This document shows positions 27,720 to 37,488 of a DNA stretch of 51,565 nt, piece after piece. How positions within the stretch are numbered: position 1 is the stretch's first letter; each line of letters starts with the position of its first letter. The position numbers and the translations under genes were made by a program. Under the pieces are notes generated by a model that worked only from the letters and a program-made list of their open reading frames with translations, made no database searches and was not told where the DNA came from. The stretch comes from an uncultured Bacteroidota bacterium (GTDB lineage Bacteria; Bacteroidota; Bacteroidia; UBA4408), in assembly GCA_903840505.1 (NCBI GenBank), contig CAIMGI010000082.1:1-51565 (forward strand), in the 5' to 3' direction.

Positions 27720-28856
27720 TTATTTATATAGGTCCTCTAAAAGGTTCTCTATTCCTTCCACCATCGTGCTCCATTCAAATCGTTTTTTCTCCGTTTTTAC
27801 ATTTGCAGAAAATTCATTTTCTCTGTTGTTTGAATAAAAATCAATCAATGAGTTAGCAATTTCTGTTGGATTAATTTCAGTAACATACCCAACTTTATTG
27901 TGTGAAACAATTTCTGCCAAACCACCTGTGTTTGTTACCAACATTGGTCTTTCAAAATGATAAGCAATTTGGGTAATACCGCTTTGTGTTGCCGTTTTGT
28001 ATGGTTGAACCACCATATCAGCTGCACAAAAATAGTCTTTTACTTTATTGGAATCGATATAATGTGTGTGTAGAATGACGGAGCTTTGTAAGCTGTTTTC
28101 TTTAATTATTTTTTCGTACTCGTCCGCTTTTTCGTAAAACTCACCCGCTACAATAAGTTTTATTCCCAATGCTTTTATTCGGTTATCAGCCATTGCTTTT
28201 AATAGTAAGTCGAGACCTTTATAATTGCGAATAAAACCGAAAAACAGAATGTGTTTATCGTTTGTGTTGAGGTTTAAATTTTGTAGTGCTTGTTGCTTGT
28301 TTACCTTTTCTCCAAAAATATCATAAATAGGATGAGGAATAAGTCGGGTATTTGTATTTTCAGTAAATGTTTTTAAATCGTGTAATACTGATTTTGACAT
28401 AGCTATAAAGCCATCGCAGCCTTTCACAAAATAGCGTGTGAATAATCTATCACCTATTCTTTTTTCGTGCGGAATAACATTATCGGTTATGGCAATAACC
28501 TTAATATTGGTGTTCCATTTAATGATACGTGCAATTGTTCCTAAGCAAGGACCCATAAAGGGTAACCAATAGCGAATAATAACATAATCGGGATTTTGTT
28601 TTTTTATGTGACGCGCTACTTTTATCCAATTAAACGGATTAATGGAGTTTATCAGCGTTTCTATTTTTAAACCTTCAGGAGCATTTCCTGTATCAAATTG
28701 TGTTTTTCCCGGAAATAAAAATGAGGGATATTGTAATGAAAAGGATACAATGCTCGATTCGATTTGTTTTTTGTTATAGGCTTTACACAATGCTTCGTTA
28801 AAGTTTGCAATGCCTCCACGCAAAGGGAAAGCCGGACCAATTATAATGTTTTTCAA
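27720..28856 (-). CDS. GT4 glycosyltransferase
   Basis: GPAFPLRGGIA, FFGFIRNYKG, PYKTATQSG and TNTGGLAE; TTG start. Confidence 0.9.
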   Translation of the reverse strand: MKNIIIGPAFPLRGGIANFNEALCKAYNKKQIESSIVSFSLQYPSFLFPGKTQFDTGNAPEGLKIETLINSINPFNWIKVARHIKKQNPDYVIIRYWLPFMGPCLGTIARIIKWNTNIKVIAITDNVIPHEKRIGDRLFTRYFVKGCDGFIAMSKSVLHDLKTFTENTNTRLIPHPIYDIFGEKVNKQQALQNLNLNTNDKHILFFGFIRNYKGLDLLLKAMADNRIKALGIKLIVAGEFYEKADEYEKIIKENSLQSSVILHTHYIDSNKVKDYFCAADMVVQPYKTATQSGITQIAYHFERPMLVTNTGGLAEIVSHNKVGYVTEINPTEIANSLIDFYSNNRENEFSANVKTEKKRFEWSTMVEGIENLLEDLYK

Positions 28857-29056
28857 TGTGTAGTATTTAAGCCGCTGAAAGATTAAACGAAATAATCATC
28901 CTAAAAGTACGCAAAATGTTAAAAGCAAATGTAATTGTATTTGTCGTCTTTTTATTACTATTCATATTCTATTTATTTGTAATTGCCTATCAATAAAACT
29001 ACTTTTGATGGAAATTATTTTTGTAAAAATCAGTAAAATATTTTTAACAAAGCCCT

Positions 29057-30109
29057 ATGAAGAAAACAATTTTAATATTTGCTTCGTTATTGATTGGTGT
29101 ATGTAATTCATATGCCCAAACGGATACTGTAAAAGCAATACAGTTTTTGCCGGACAATGAAGCTGAAAAATTTTATAACAGCGGCATCGCTAACTATAAT
29201 AAAAAGGATTATCAGGCTGCAGTTGCCGATTATGATAAAGCAATTGGCTTAAAAGACAATTTTGATAAAGCCTATTACAATCGTGGTGCAGCGAAATTTG
29301 AGTTAAAAGATTATAAAGGGGCAGTTGCAGATTATAATAAGTCGATACAATTACAACCAAATAATGATAAAGCTTATTTCTCAAGGGCTCAAGCAAAAAA
29401 TGCGATAGGTGATAAAGAAGGCGCAATTGCCGATTATACCCTGGCAATTGAAAAAAATCTAAACTATTCTCAAGCATATTATTACAGAGCTTCCGTAAAG
29501 TTTGAAAACAAAGATTACAAAGCTGCTATTGAAGATTATAACAAGGCAATTATTATTAAACCCGATTACGCTTATGCCTTGAATGATAGAGGTAGTGCTA
29601 AACGCCAATTAGAAGATTATGATGGAGCAATATCCGATTATCAAAAGGCAGTAATTGCAAATCCCGAAATGGCTTTTGCTTATAACAATTTAGGAAGTGT
29701 TAAAAGAAGAAAAGGGGATTATAAAGCCGCAATAGAAGATTATGGTAAGGCTATTAAAATTAGATACGACTACCACATTGCATATAACAATCGCGGTGCC
29801 GCTCGTTACGAAAGTGGTGATTATAAAGGTGCTATTGAAGATTTTGATATGGCGATTAAATTACAACCAACATATTCATATGCATATAACAATAGAGCTT
29901 CAGCAAAATATAAAATGAAAAATTATAATGGTGCCATTGACGATTGCAGCGAAGCAATAAAATTAGATGGCAATTATGGCTTTGCATATTTGAACAGAGG
30001 GAATGCAAAAGAAATGTTGCGTGATGAAAATGGCTCCTGTTCAGATTGGAAAAAGGCCGCTGAACTTGGTGTTGCTGCAGGAAAAGGGTATGCAAGTGAA
30101 TGTAAATAA
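29057..30109 (+). CDS. Secreted tetratricopeptide-repeat protein (about 9 TPRs)
   Basis: Signal peptide ending SYA-Q; regular 34-aa AY.NRG.AK...GDYK.AI.DY.KAI units. Confidence 0.92.
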   Translation: MKKTILIFASLLIGVCNSYAQTDTVKAIQFLPDNEAEKFYNSGIANYNKKDYQAAVADYDKAIGLKDNFDKAYYNRGAAKFELKDYKGAVADYNKSIQLQPNNDKAYFSRAQAKNAIGDKEGAIADYTLAIEKNLNYSQAYYYRASVKFENKDYKAAIEDYNKAIIIKPDYAYALNDRGSAKRQLEDYDGAISDYQKAVIANPEMAFAYNNLGSVKRRKGDYKAAIEDYGKAIKIRYDYHIAYNNRGAARYESGDYKGAIEDFDMAIKLQPTYSYAYNNRASAKYKMKNYNGAIDDCSEAIKLDGNYGFAYLNRGNAKEMLRDENGSCSDWKKAAELGVAAGKGYASECK

Positions 30110-30130
30110 TTATAAGGATATACATTAGAT

Positions 30131-32185
30131 ATGAAAAAATTAATCGTACTATTTTTTGTTTCAATAGCTTGTTTGCAGTCAATGGCACAAAGCAATGTGG
30201 AGTTTACAAAAGATAATTTTAAGGACAAGAAAGATGCTCTTAAGGATGCGCTAGAAGAAATAAAATTGGGTGATGAGTTATATGAAATGGGACCTTTTTT
30301 ATATAGGTCGGCATTACCGCATTACTTAAAGGCAAACGACTTTAACCCCAATAATGCTTTGTTAAACTACAAAATTGGTACTTGTTATGTGTTTGTAAAA
30401 ACAGTAATCAAATCTAAAGCTGTTCCTTACATTGAAAAAGCATATAAATTAAATCCGACTGTTTCGCCCGATATTCATTATTTGTTAGGAAGAGGGTATC
30501 ACTTAACTATGCAATGGGATAAGGCAAAACAAGAGTATACTATGTATCGCCAAACATTGTCTTCGAAGGATATAGATAAAATGAAGGATGTAGACAAAAA
30601 GTTAAATGAATGCGGTTATGGAATTAATTATATGAAAAATCCAATCAGGGTTTTTATTGACAATGTGGGTACAACAATTAATTCGCGCTTTTCTGATTAT
30701 ACTCCGGTAATTTCTGCCGATGAAGATGTAATGATGTTTACTTCTCGTAGAGATAATTCAACTGGAGCGAAGTTAGATCAAGAAGGGGAGTATTTTGAAG
30801 ATATTTATATTTCTTACAAATTTAATAAGGAGTGGACGCAAGCAAAAAATATTGGTGCTCCAATCAATACCAATGGTCACGATGCCATTATCGGTTTGTC
30901 ACCAAGTGGACAAAAACTGTTTATGTACATCGATGATAAAGGTGATGGCAATATTTACGAATGTGATTTATTGGGCGATAAATGGTCGAAACCTGAGAAG
31001 ATGCCGAAACCAATTAACTCTTCTTCGCACGAGTCTGCGGCAACAATTTCATTTGACGGAAAAACTATTTATTGGGTGAGTGATAGAGAAGGTGGCCTAG
31101 GAGGAAAAGATATTTACACTTGTACCAAAAATGAAAAGGGCAAATGGGGTGAAGCTGTAAATATGGGTGCAGGAATTAATACTCCTTACAATGAGGAAGG
31201 TGTGTTTATGTTGCCCGATGGTAAAACACTTTATTTTAGTTCCGAAGGTCATACCTCTATGGGAGCATTGGATATTTTTAGTTCTGTATATGAAAATGGA
31301 AAATGGTCGACACCGCAGAATATAGGATACCCTGTAAATACGCCAGATAATGATATGTTCTTTGTAATGTCGGCAAGTGGTAAACACGGTTATTATTCTT
31401 CCATTCGTGAAGATGGGCAAGGGGAGGTTGATTTATACCAGATATCATTCTTAGGAGTAGAAAAACAAATGGTATTGAATACGGAAGATAATTTATTGGC
31501 AAATCAAACCGCTCCTGTTTCTGAAACAAACATTGCTGCACAGGTGGAAGTAAAGACCTCACAACTTACCTTATTAAAAGGTATTATAACGGATGCCCTT
31601 ACAAAAAATCCCTTGGAAGCTTTGATAGAAATAGTGGATAACGAAAAAAATGTGGTAATAGCCAGTTTCTCTTCTAACAGCAAAACGGGTAAATATTTGG
31701 TTACACTTCCATCAGGTAAAAACTATGGTATTGCTGTAAAAAAAGAAGGTTACTTATTCCATTCCGAGAATTTTGATATTCCTTTAGGATCAGGTTACCA
31801 GGAAATCACCAAGGATGTTGAATTGAAAAACATTGCAGTAGGTAGCAAAATTGTATTGAAAAATATTTTCTTTGATTTTGATAAAGCTACTCTTAGAAAA
31901 GAATCTTTTAACGAGTTGGAAAATTTAACAAAATTATTAAACGATGTTCCTTCTCTTAAAATAGAAATATCCGGACATACGGATGGAAAAGGTTCGGCAG
32001 CATACAACCTTACTTTGTCTGATAACAGAGCAAAAGCGGTAGTTGATTATTTGGTGGGTAAAGGAATTGCCAAAGACAGGTTGGTTGCAAAAGGTTATGG
32101 TTTAACCCGACCTATTGCCACAAATGATACCGAAGAGGGGCGTCAATTAAACCGAAGGACGGAGTTCGAAATTCTAAGCAAGTAG
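30131..32185 (+). CDS. OmpA-family peptidoglycan-binding protein with TPR, PD40 propeller and Ig-like domains (PorE-like architecture)
   Basis: Signal peptide; TPR-like N-terminus; PD40 repeats (MFTSRR, YWVSDREGG.GGKDIY, LYFSSEGH); C-terminal IFFDFDK...GHTD...LSDNRA...NRRTEF. Confidence 0.9.
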   Translation: MKKLIVLFFVSIACLQSMAQSNVEFTKDNFKDKKDALKDALEEIKLGDELYEMGPFLYRSALPHYLKANDFNPNNALLNYKIGTCYVFVKTVIKSKAVPYIEKAYKLNPTVSPDIHYLLGRGYHLTMQWDKAKQEYTMYRQTLSSKDIDKMKDVDKKLNECGYGINYMKNPIRVFIDNVGTTINSRFSDYTPVISADEDVMMFTSRRDNSTGAKLDQEGEYFEDIYISYKFNKEWTQAKNIGAPINTNGHDAIIGLSPSGQKLFMYIDDKGDGNIYECDLLGDKWSKPEKMPKPINSSSHESAATISFDGKTIYWVSDREGGLGGKDIYTCTKNEKGKWGEAVNMGAGINTPYNEEGVFMLPDGKTLYFSSEGHTSMGALDIFSSVYENGKWSTPQNIGYPVNTPDNDMFFVMSASGKHGYYSSIREDGQGEVDLYQISFLGVEKQMVLNTEDNLLANQTAPVSETNIAAQVEVKTSQLTLLKGIITDALTKNPLEALIEIVDNEKNVVIASFSSNSKTGKYLVTLPSGKNYGIAVKKEGYLFHSENFDIPLGSGYQEITKDVELKNIAVGSKIVLKNIFFDFDKATLRKESFNELENLTKLLNDVPSLKIEISGHTDGKGSAAYNLTLSDNRAKAVVDYLVGKGIAKDRLVAKGYGLTRPIATNDTEEGRQLNRRTEFEILSK

Positions 32186-32219
32186 AAATTAATAACACAA
32201 TTAAAAAGCAGGAAGGTAT

Positions 32220-32555
32220 TTATCCTCCTGCTTTTTTTGCTTTATAATTCGCTTCAGTTAATAGCTTCAATATTTTATCGCGGTGCTCACCTTGTATCAA
32301 CACTTCACCTTCTTTTACACTTCCCCCTACACCACACTTTTGTTTTAGTAGCTTTCCCAAGCTTTCCAAATCATCCTCCGCGCCTACAAAATCAGATATA
32401 CGGGTTACAACTTTTCCTCCACCTTTTCGATCAAGGTATATTTTCAGTTCTTGTTGTTGTGGGGGTAAGGTAGCTTTTTCGTTTGTTGAAGATTGGTAAT
32501 TGAAATCTTTGTTAGTAGAGTATACAATACCGCTAGCCTTGTTTTTTTTATTCAT
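32220..32555 (-). CDS. yciH: SUI1/YciH translation initiation factor
   Basis: [25 protein letters not shown] and IQGEHR. Confidence 0.88.
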   Translation of the reverse strand: MNKKNKASGIVYSTNKDFNYQSSTNEKATLPPQQQELKIYLDRKGGGKVVTRISDFVGAEDDLESLGKLLKQKCGVGGSVKEGEVLIQGEHRDKILKLLTEANYKAKKAGG

Positions 32556-32708
32556 TTGGGTGAATTTGTGCGCAAAGTTATAATTTTATTCATCTTTTTT
32601 TGTACATCAATCCACTGTTGAAATTACAGAAAATAGCCCTTTTAATTTTCCCTCTTTGTTTGGTTTTATTTAATTAATTTTGTTCTTTATTTAAATGGGT
32701 AGGCTGTT

Positions 32709-35138
32709 ATGAAAATATCATACAATTGGTTAAAACAATATGTGAATACAAATGCTGAACCGGCTGAAATTGCCGATTTGTTAACCTTTTGTGGATTGGA
32801 AGTGGAAAGTATTGAAAAGTACGAATCAATAAAAGGGGGATTAGCGGGTATGGTGGTTGGTGAAGTATTGACCAAGGAAAAGCACCCCGATGCAGATCGA
32901 CTAAGCATAACAACAGTGAACATAGGTGCAGAAAATACTCTAAATATTGTTTGTGGAGCATCAAACGTTGCAGTGGGACAAAAAGTAGTTATAGCAACTA
33001 TTGGAGCAATGTTGTATCCTACTAATGGAGAACCTTTTGAAATAAAAAAATCGAAAATAAGGGGAGCTTTATCAGAGGGAATGATTTGCGCTGAAGATGA
33101 AATTGGTTTGGGAATTTCACACGAAGGGATTATGGTGTTGGATAGCGAAGCTCAAGTAGGAATGCCTGCCAATAGCTATTTTAATATTTCGCAGGATGCT
33201 GTTTTTGAAATTGGTTTAACTCCCAATCGTGCCGATGCAACATCGCACATTGGTGTTGCTCGCGATTTGGTTGCTGTGCTAAATCATAAGGGTAGTACCA
33301 GCGAACACCGTTTGGCAATGCCCGATGTGAATACTTTTGCTGAAGACAATACAAGCGATACACTACAAGTTATTATTGAAGATGCTGCTGCTTGTCCTCG
33401 TTATTCAGGATTAAGTATAAGTGGTGTAGAGGTAAAGGAATCCCCGGAATGGTTAAAAAATGCGCTGAAAACAATTGGAATAAAACCCATCAACAATATT
33501 GTAGATGTTACCAATTATGTGCTGCACGAAACAGGTCAACCCTTGCACGCATTTGACAGAGATAAAATAAAAAGCAACATTGTTAGGGTTAAAAAAATTG
33601 ATGCGCCATTAGAATTTAAAACGCTCGATGGTATTGAACGTACTATAGGAACAAACGATTTAATGATTTGCAACGACAACGAAGCAATGTGTATTGCCGG
33701 AGTATTTGGCGGATTGAACTCGGGAATAAATCCGAAAACAAAAAACATCTTTTTAGAAAGCGCTTATTTTAATTCGGTTAGTGTTCGAAAAACATCAAAA
33801 AGCCATAACTTAAAAACCGATGCTTCTTTTCGTTTTGAAAGAGGAGCAGACCCCAACATAAATGTTTATGCACTAAAACGAGCAGCTTTGCTTATAAAGG
33901 AAATTGCCGGTGGCGAAATTTCATCTGCAATTATTGACATTTACCCTTCTCCTGTTTCTCCTGTTGAAATACCTTTTTCATATGATGATTGTGAACGAAT
34001 AATCGGAAAGAAAATACCACACGAGCAAGTAAAAAATATTCTTCGATCGTTGGATATTGAAATTGTTTCGGAAGGAAACGATGCAATGCTTCTTGCTATA
34101 CCAACCAACAAAGTAGATGTAAAAAGAGAGATTGACGTGATTGAAGAAGTGTTGAGAATATATGGTTACAATGATGTTGATATTCCCGAAACAGTAAGGT
34201 CTTCATTATCCTATGAACAAAAACCAAGCAGTACAAAATACCAGCAAGCAGTATCCAATTTTTTAAGTGCAAATGGATTTTGTGAAATAATGTGTAATTC
34301 ATTAACGGCTTCGAAGTATGGTGATAAAGAAACAAGCGTTTCTATTTTAAACCCCTTGAGTTCGGAATTGGATGTGATGAGACAAACAATGTTGTATAGC
34401 GGCTTAGAAAGTGTTTTGTACAACATTAACAGAAAAAAATCGGATCTTAAATTTTACGAATTTGGTAAAACGTATCATTATAACAAGGGTGCCGATGGAT
34501 TAAAAAAGTATACCGAAATAAATCATTTGTCTGTTTTTATTGCGGGAAATAAAAGAGATGAAAGTTGGGATACCAAAGTGGAGAAAACCGATTTTTACTT
34601 TATAAAAGGATTTGTAAATGCCATATTGGGAAAAGTGGGAATAGCTAATTTTAAAACTACCAATATTTCAAATCAATATATTGCGGAAGGTTTAAGTTAT
34701 GAAGTGAAAAAGCAAGTAATTGTTGAGCTAGGTCTGGTTTCGAACAGTGCATTAAAATTGGCTGATATTAGTATTCCAGTATACTTTGCTACATTTAATT
34801 GGGATGCAATAATGGAATTATTGAAAAATGTTTCGAGTAGTTACAAGGAGCTTACAAAGTTCCCTGAAGTTCGAAGAGACTTAGCATTATTGCTTGACCA
34901 AACCGTTCTTTTTGATGAGGTAAAAGCAGTGGCTTTTGCAACGGAAAAAAGTTTATTAAAGCAGGTAAATTTATTTGATGTTTATGAAGGAGAAAAGCTG
35001 GAACCGGGTAAAAAATCGTATGCTGTGAGTTTTATTCTGCAAGATGATCAAGCAACACTTACCGATAAGCAAATTGAAAAAACAATGGATAAGTTGATGA
35101 ACGCTTACCGAGAAAAATTGAGTGCCGTTATACGTTAA
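32709..35138 (+). CDS. pheT: Phenylalanine--tRNA ligase beta subunit
   Basis: MKISYNWLK, HPDADRL, IVCGASNV, SEGMIC, TPNRAD, RFERG, IEEVLRIYGY and C-terminal FDX-ACB domain. Confidence 0.97.
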   Translation: MKISYNWLKQYVNTNAEPAEIADLLTFCGLEVESIEKYESIKGGLAGMVVGEVLTKEKHPDADRLSITTVNIGAENTLNIVCGASNVAVGQKVVIATIGAMLYPTNGEPFEIKKSKIRGALSEGMICAEDEIGLGISHEGIMVLDSEAQVGMPANSYFNISQDAVFEIGLTPNRADATSHIGVARDLVAVLNHKGSTSEHRLAMPDVNTFAEDNTSDTLQVIIEDAAACPRYSGLSISGVEVKESPEWLKNALKTIGIKPINNIVDVTNYVLHETGQPLHAFDRDKIKSNIVRVKKIDAPLEFKTLDGIERTIGTNDLMICNDNEAMCIAGVFGGLNSGINPKTKNIFLESAYFNSVSVRKTSKSHNLKTDASFRFERGADPNINVYALKRAALLIKEIAGGEISSAIIDIYPSPVSPVEIPFSYDDCERIIGKKIPHEQVKNILRSLDIEIVSEGNDAMLLAIPTNKVDVKREIDVIEEVLRIYGYNDVDIPETVRSSLSYEQKPSSTKYQQAVSNFLSANGFCEIMCNSLTASKYGDKETSVSILNPLSSELDVMRQTMLYSGLESVLYNINRKKSDLKFYEFGKTYHYNKGADGLKKYTEINHLSVFIAGNKRDESWDTKVEKTDFYFIKGFVNAILGKVGIANFKTTNISNQYIAEGLSYEVKKQVIVELGLVSNSALKLADISIPVYFATFNWDAIMELLKNVSSSYKELTKFPEVRRDLALLLDQTVLFDEVKAVAFATEKSLLKQVNLFDVYEGEKLEPGKKSYAVSFILQDDQATLTDKQIEKTMDKLMNAYREKLSAVIR

Positions 35139-35149
35139 CACAAAACAGT

Positions 35150-36199
35150 ATGAAAACAAGCGTAAAAATTGGAAATGTATCGATAGGTGATAATCACCCT
35201 CCGTTTATCATTGCCGAAATGAGTGGTAACCATAATCAGTCGCTTGATAGGGCATTGGCCTTGGTAGATGCCGCTGCCGCTGCCGGTGCACACGCACTAA
35301 AATTGCAAACCTATACTGCCGATACCATTACAATGAAAGGCGCTCATACCATTGAGGATAAAAACTCTTTATGGAATGGACAGGAATTACACAATTTATA
35401 CAAACAAGCATATACTCCTTGGGAATGGCACAAAGCTATTTTTGATAGAGCAATTGAAAAGGGAATGCTTGCATTCAGTTCTCCTTTTGATGAATCATCG
35501 GTCGATTTTTTGGAATCACTGAATGTTCCTGCATATAAAATAGCATCGTTTGAAAATACACACCATCCATTATTACGAAAGGTTGCCGCTACAGGTAAAC
35601 CTGTAATTATGTCTACCGGTGTATCAACTATTGCTGATATTGATGAAAGTGTAAGGGTGTTGCGAGCTGCCGGTTGTACACAACTCATATTATTAAAATG
35701 TACAAGTACCTATCCTGCTACACCTGAGAATACAAATTTACTTACCATTCCGCATCTATCACAATTACACAATTGTGTGGTTGGTTTGTCCGACCATACA
35801 ATGGGAGTAGGAGCATCTGTTGCGGCAGTAGCATTGGGTGCTAGGGTTATAGAAAAGCATTTTACTTTACGCAGAGCAGACGGTGGAGTTGATTCGGCAT
35901 TTTCGTTGGAGCCTGAAGAATTAAAGAGCTTAGTTGTTGAGTCGGAAAGAGCATTTTTAGCAATTGGAACAGTGCAGTATGGTATACAAAAGGCGGAAGA
36001 GAAAAGTGTATTGTACAAACGTTCTATTTATGTAAATGCAGATATGAAAGCAGGTGATGTAATTACTGAAAATAATATCCGAATAATTCGCCCCGCTCTG
36101 GGCTTAGAACCTAAATTTTATGATATGGTTATAGGAAGAAAGGTAAAAGGCGATTTGAAACAAGGAGCACCATTGCGTTGGGAAGACTTGATTTCTTAA
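35150..36199 (+). CDS. pseI: Pseudaminic acid synthase (NeuB/PseI family)
   Basis: IIAEMSGNHNQSL, KLQTYTADTIT, AYTPWEWH, YKIASFE, GLSDHT, IEKHFTL...GGVDSAFSLEP and C-terminal SAF domain. Confidence 0.85.
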   Translation: MKTSVKIGNVSIGDNHPPFIIAEMSGNHNQSLDRALALVDAAAAAGAHALKLQTYTADTITMKGAHTIEDKNSLWNGQELHNLYKQAYTPWEWHKAIFDRAIEKGMLAFSSPFDESSVDFLESLNVPAYKIASFENTHHPLLRKVAATGKPVIMSTGVSTIADIDESVRVLRAAGCTQLILLKCTSTYPATPENTNLLTIPHLSQLHNCVVGLSDHTMGVGASVAAVALGARVIEKHFTLRRADGGVDSAFSLEPEELKSLVVESERAFLAIGTVQYGIQKAEEKSVLYKRSIYVNADMKAGDVITENNIRIIRPALGLEPKFYDMVIGRKVKGDLKQGAPLRWEDLIS

Positions 36200-36217
36200 A
36201 GCAAAATCTATTTATAC

Positions 36218-36252
36218 AAAAAAAGCCTCTAAAGATTTTTTAGAGGCTTTTT
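36218..36252. terminator. Bidirectional intrinsic terminator between pseI and the TPR gene
   Basis: AAAAAGCCTCTAAA-loop-TTTAGAGGCTTTTT between convergent genes. Confidence 0.85.
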
Positions 36253-36270
36253 ATTTTCAGAACAATATCT

Positions 36271-37485
36271 TTATTCCATTTTCTTTTTGATGGCAGCTGC
36301 CTTTTCAGGTTGCTCTGTCATTAAATATAATTTTTGTAATGTTTGTAGCAATGATTTATAGGTTGCTTTATCTGTGCTGCCAACCTGGTCTGCTTTTTCC
36401 AAATAAGGAAGCGACTGTTTAAATACATCGTCAGCCTTTTTTACTTCAGCATCATATTTCTTTTGGTCTTTGATATCCGATGCTGCGTTATTAATGTTTA
36501 CTGCCTTATTAAAATACATTGCACCAATGTTATAAAGCGCATCAAAATACGAAGGGTTTATTTCCAATGCTTTTTTATATGCAGCCTCAGCCTTTTCGGT
36601 ATATTCTTTTTTCTCAGCATCTGTTGGCTTAGGCTTGTCGGAAGTAGCTAAATTATCATAAAGTGTTCCTTTGTTATAATACAGCACTTCATTGTTTGGG
36701 TCTTTGCTAATTGCAATATCAAGGTTGTTAATTGCCTCTTTAATTTTACCTGATAGTAAATAATAATTTAACTCTTCAATAACCAACATTTTATCGTTAG
36801 GAAAAGCAGCACGTCCTTTTTGTATGGTTGCAATATAATTTGCATCGTCTTTTTCCTGTTTGTATAAACTGGCAATATAGAAGTAAACTTTTGCACCATC
36901 TTTTTCCCCTCCGTATTTAATGTCAATCAACTTTGAATAATACTCTTTAGCTTTTGCAAAATTATTTGCTTTCTCGGCAGCAACAGCAGCATTGTATATT
37001 GCTCCGGTATCAATGATATTAAAATTGGCCGATTTTATATTAATAGACGACTCAAATGCAGCAAATGCATTGGCATAATCTTTATTATTAAAATCTTTAA
37101 CCCCTTTATTGCCATAAAATAAAGCACAATTGTTCAGGAAGTTTTTTGAATCAGCGTAATTTCCTTTTACGTCTAATTTTATACACTGAGCAAATGCTTT
37201 TGCAGCTTCGTCCAATGCTGTTGGGGCTGTTTCTTTTGCTTTAGGATCCTTTGAATTATACAAATCCAAATAAATCTTCCCTCTGTAGCTCCAAGTTTTT
37301 GCATTTTCCTTGGTATCTGCATTTTCGGTAGCCAAATCGATGTATGTTTTTGCATCCAATAAATCGCTTATTGCCTTATCTTTTTGATAATAGCCTAAGT
37401 AATTAATGGCACTAACCACATTTTTATTCTGCGCAAACACCTGTGCAGAGATGGTTGCAAGGAAAATAATAAATAGTCGTTTCAT
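36271..37485 (-). CDS. Secreted TPR protein downstream of gyrA
   Basis: Signal peptide ending VFA-Q; TPR-like units (AYKKALEINPSYFDALYNIG); 3 bp after the gyrA stop. Confidence 0.85.
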   Translation of the reverse strand: MKRLFIIFLATISAQVFAQNKNVVSAINYLGYYQKDKAISDLLDAKTYIDLATENADTKENAKTWSYRGKIYLDLYNSKDPKAKETAPTALDEAAKAFAQCIKLDVKGNYADSKNFLNNCALFYGNKGVKDFNNKDYANAFAAFESSINIKSANFNIIDTGAIYNAAVAAEKANNFAKAKEYYSKLIDIKYGGEKDGAKVYFYIASLYKQEKDDANYIATIQKGRAAFPNDKMLVIEELNYYLLSGKIKEAINNLDIAISKDPNNEVLYYNKGTLYDNLATSDKPKPTDAEKKEYTEKAEAAYKKALEINPSYFDALYNIGAMYFNKAVNINNAASDIKDQKKYDAEVKKADDVFKQSLPYLEKADQVGSTDKATYKSLLQTLQKLYLMTEQPEKAAAIKKKME

Positions 37486-37488
37486 AGT

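Noticed and set aside
29150-30060. Periodic DNA similarity as a non-coding repeat array
   Set aside because: It is explained by 34-aa TPR units in one ORF.
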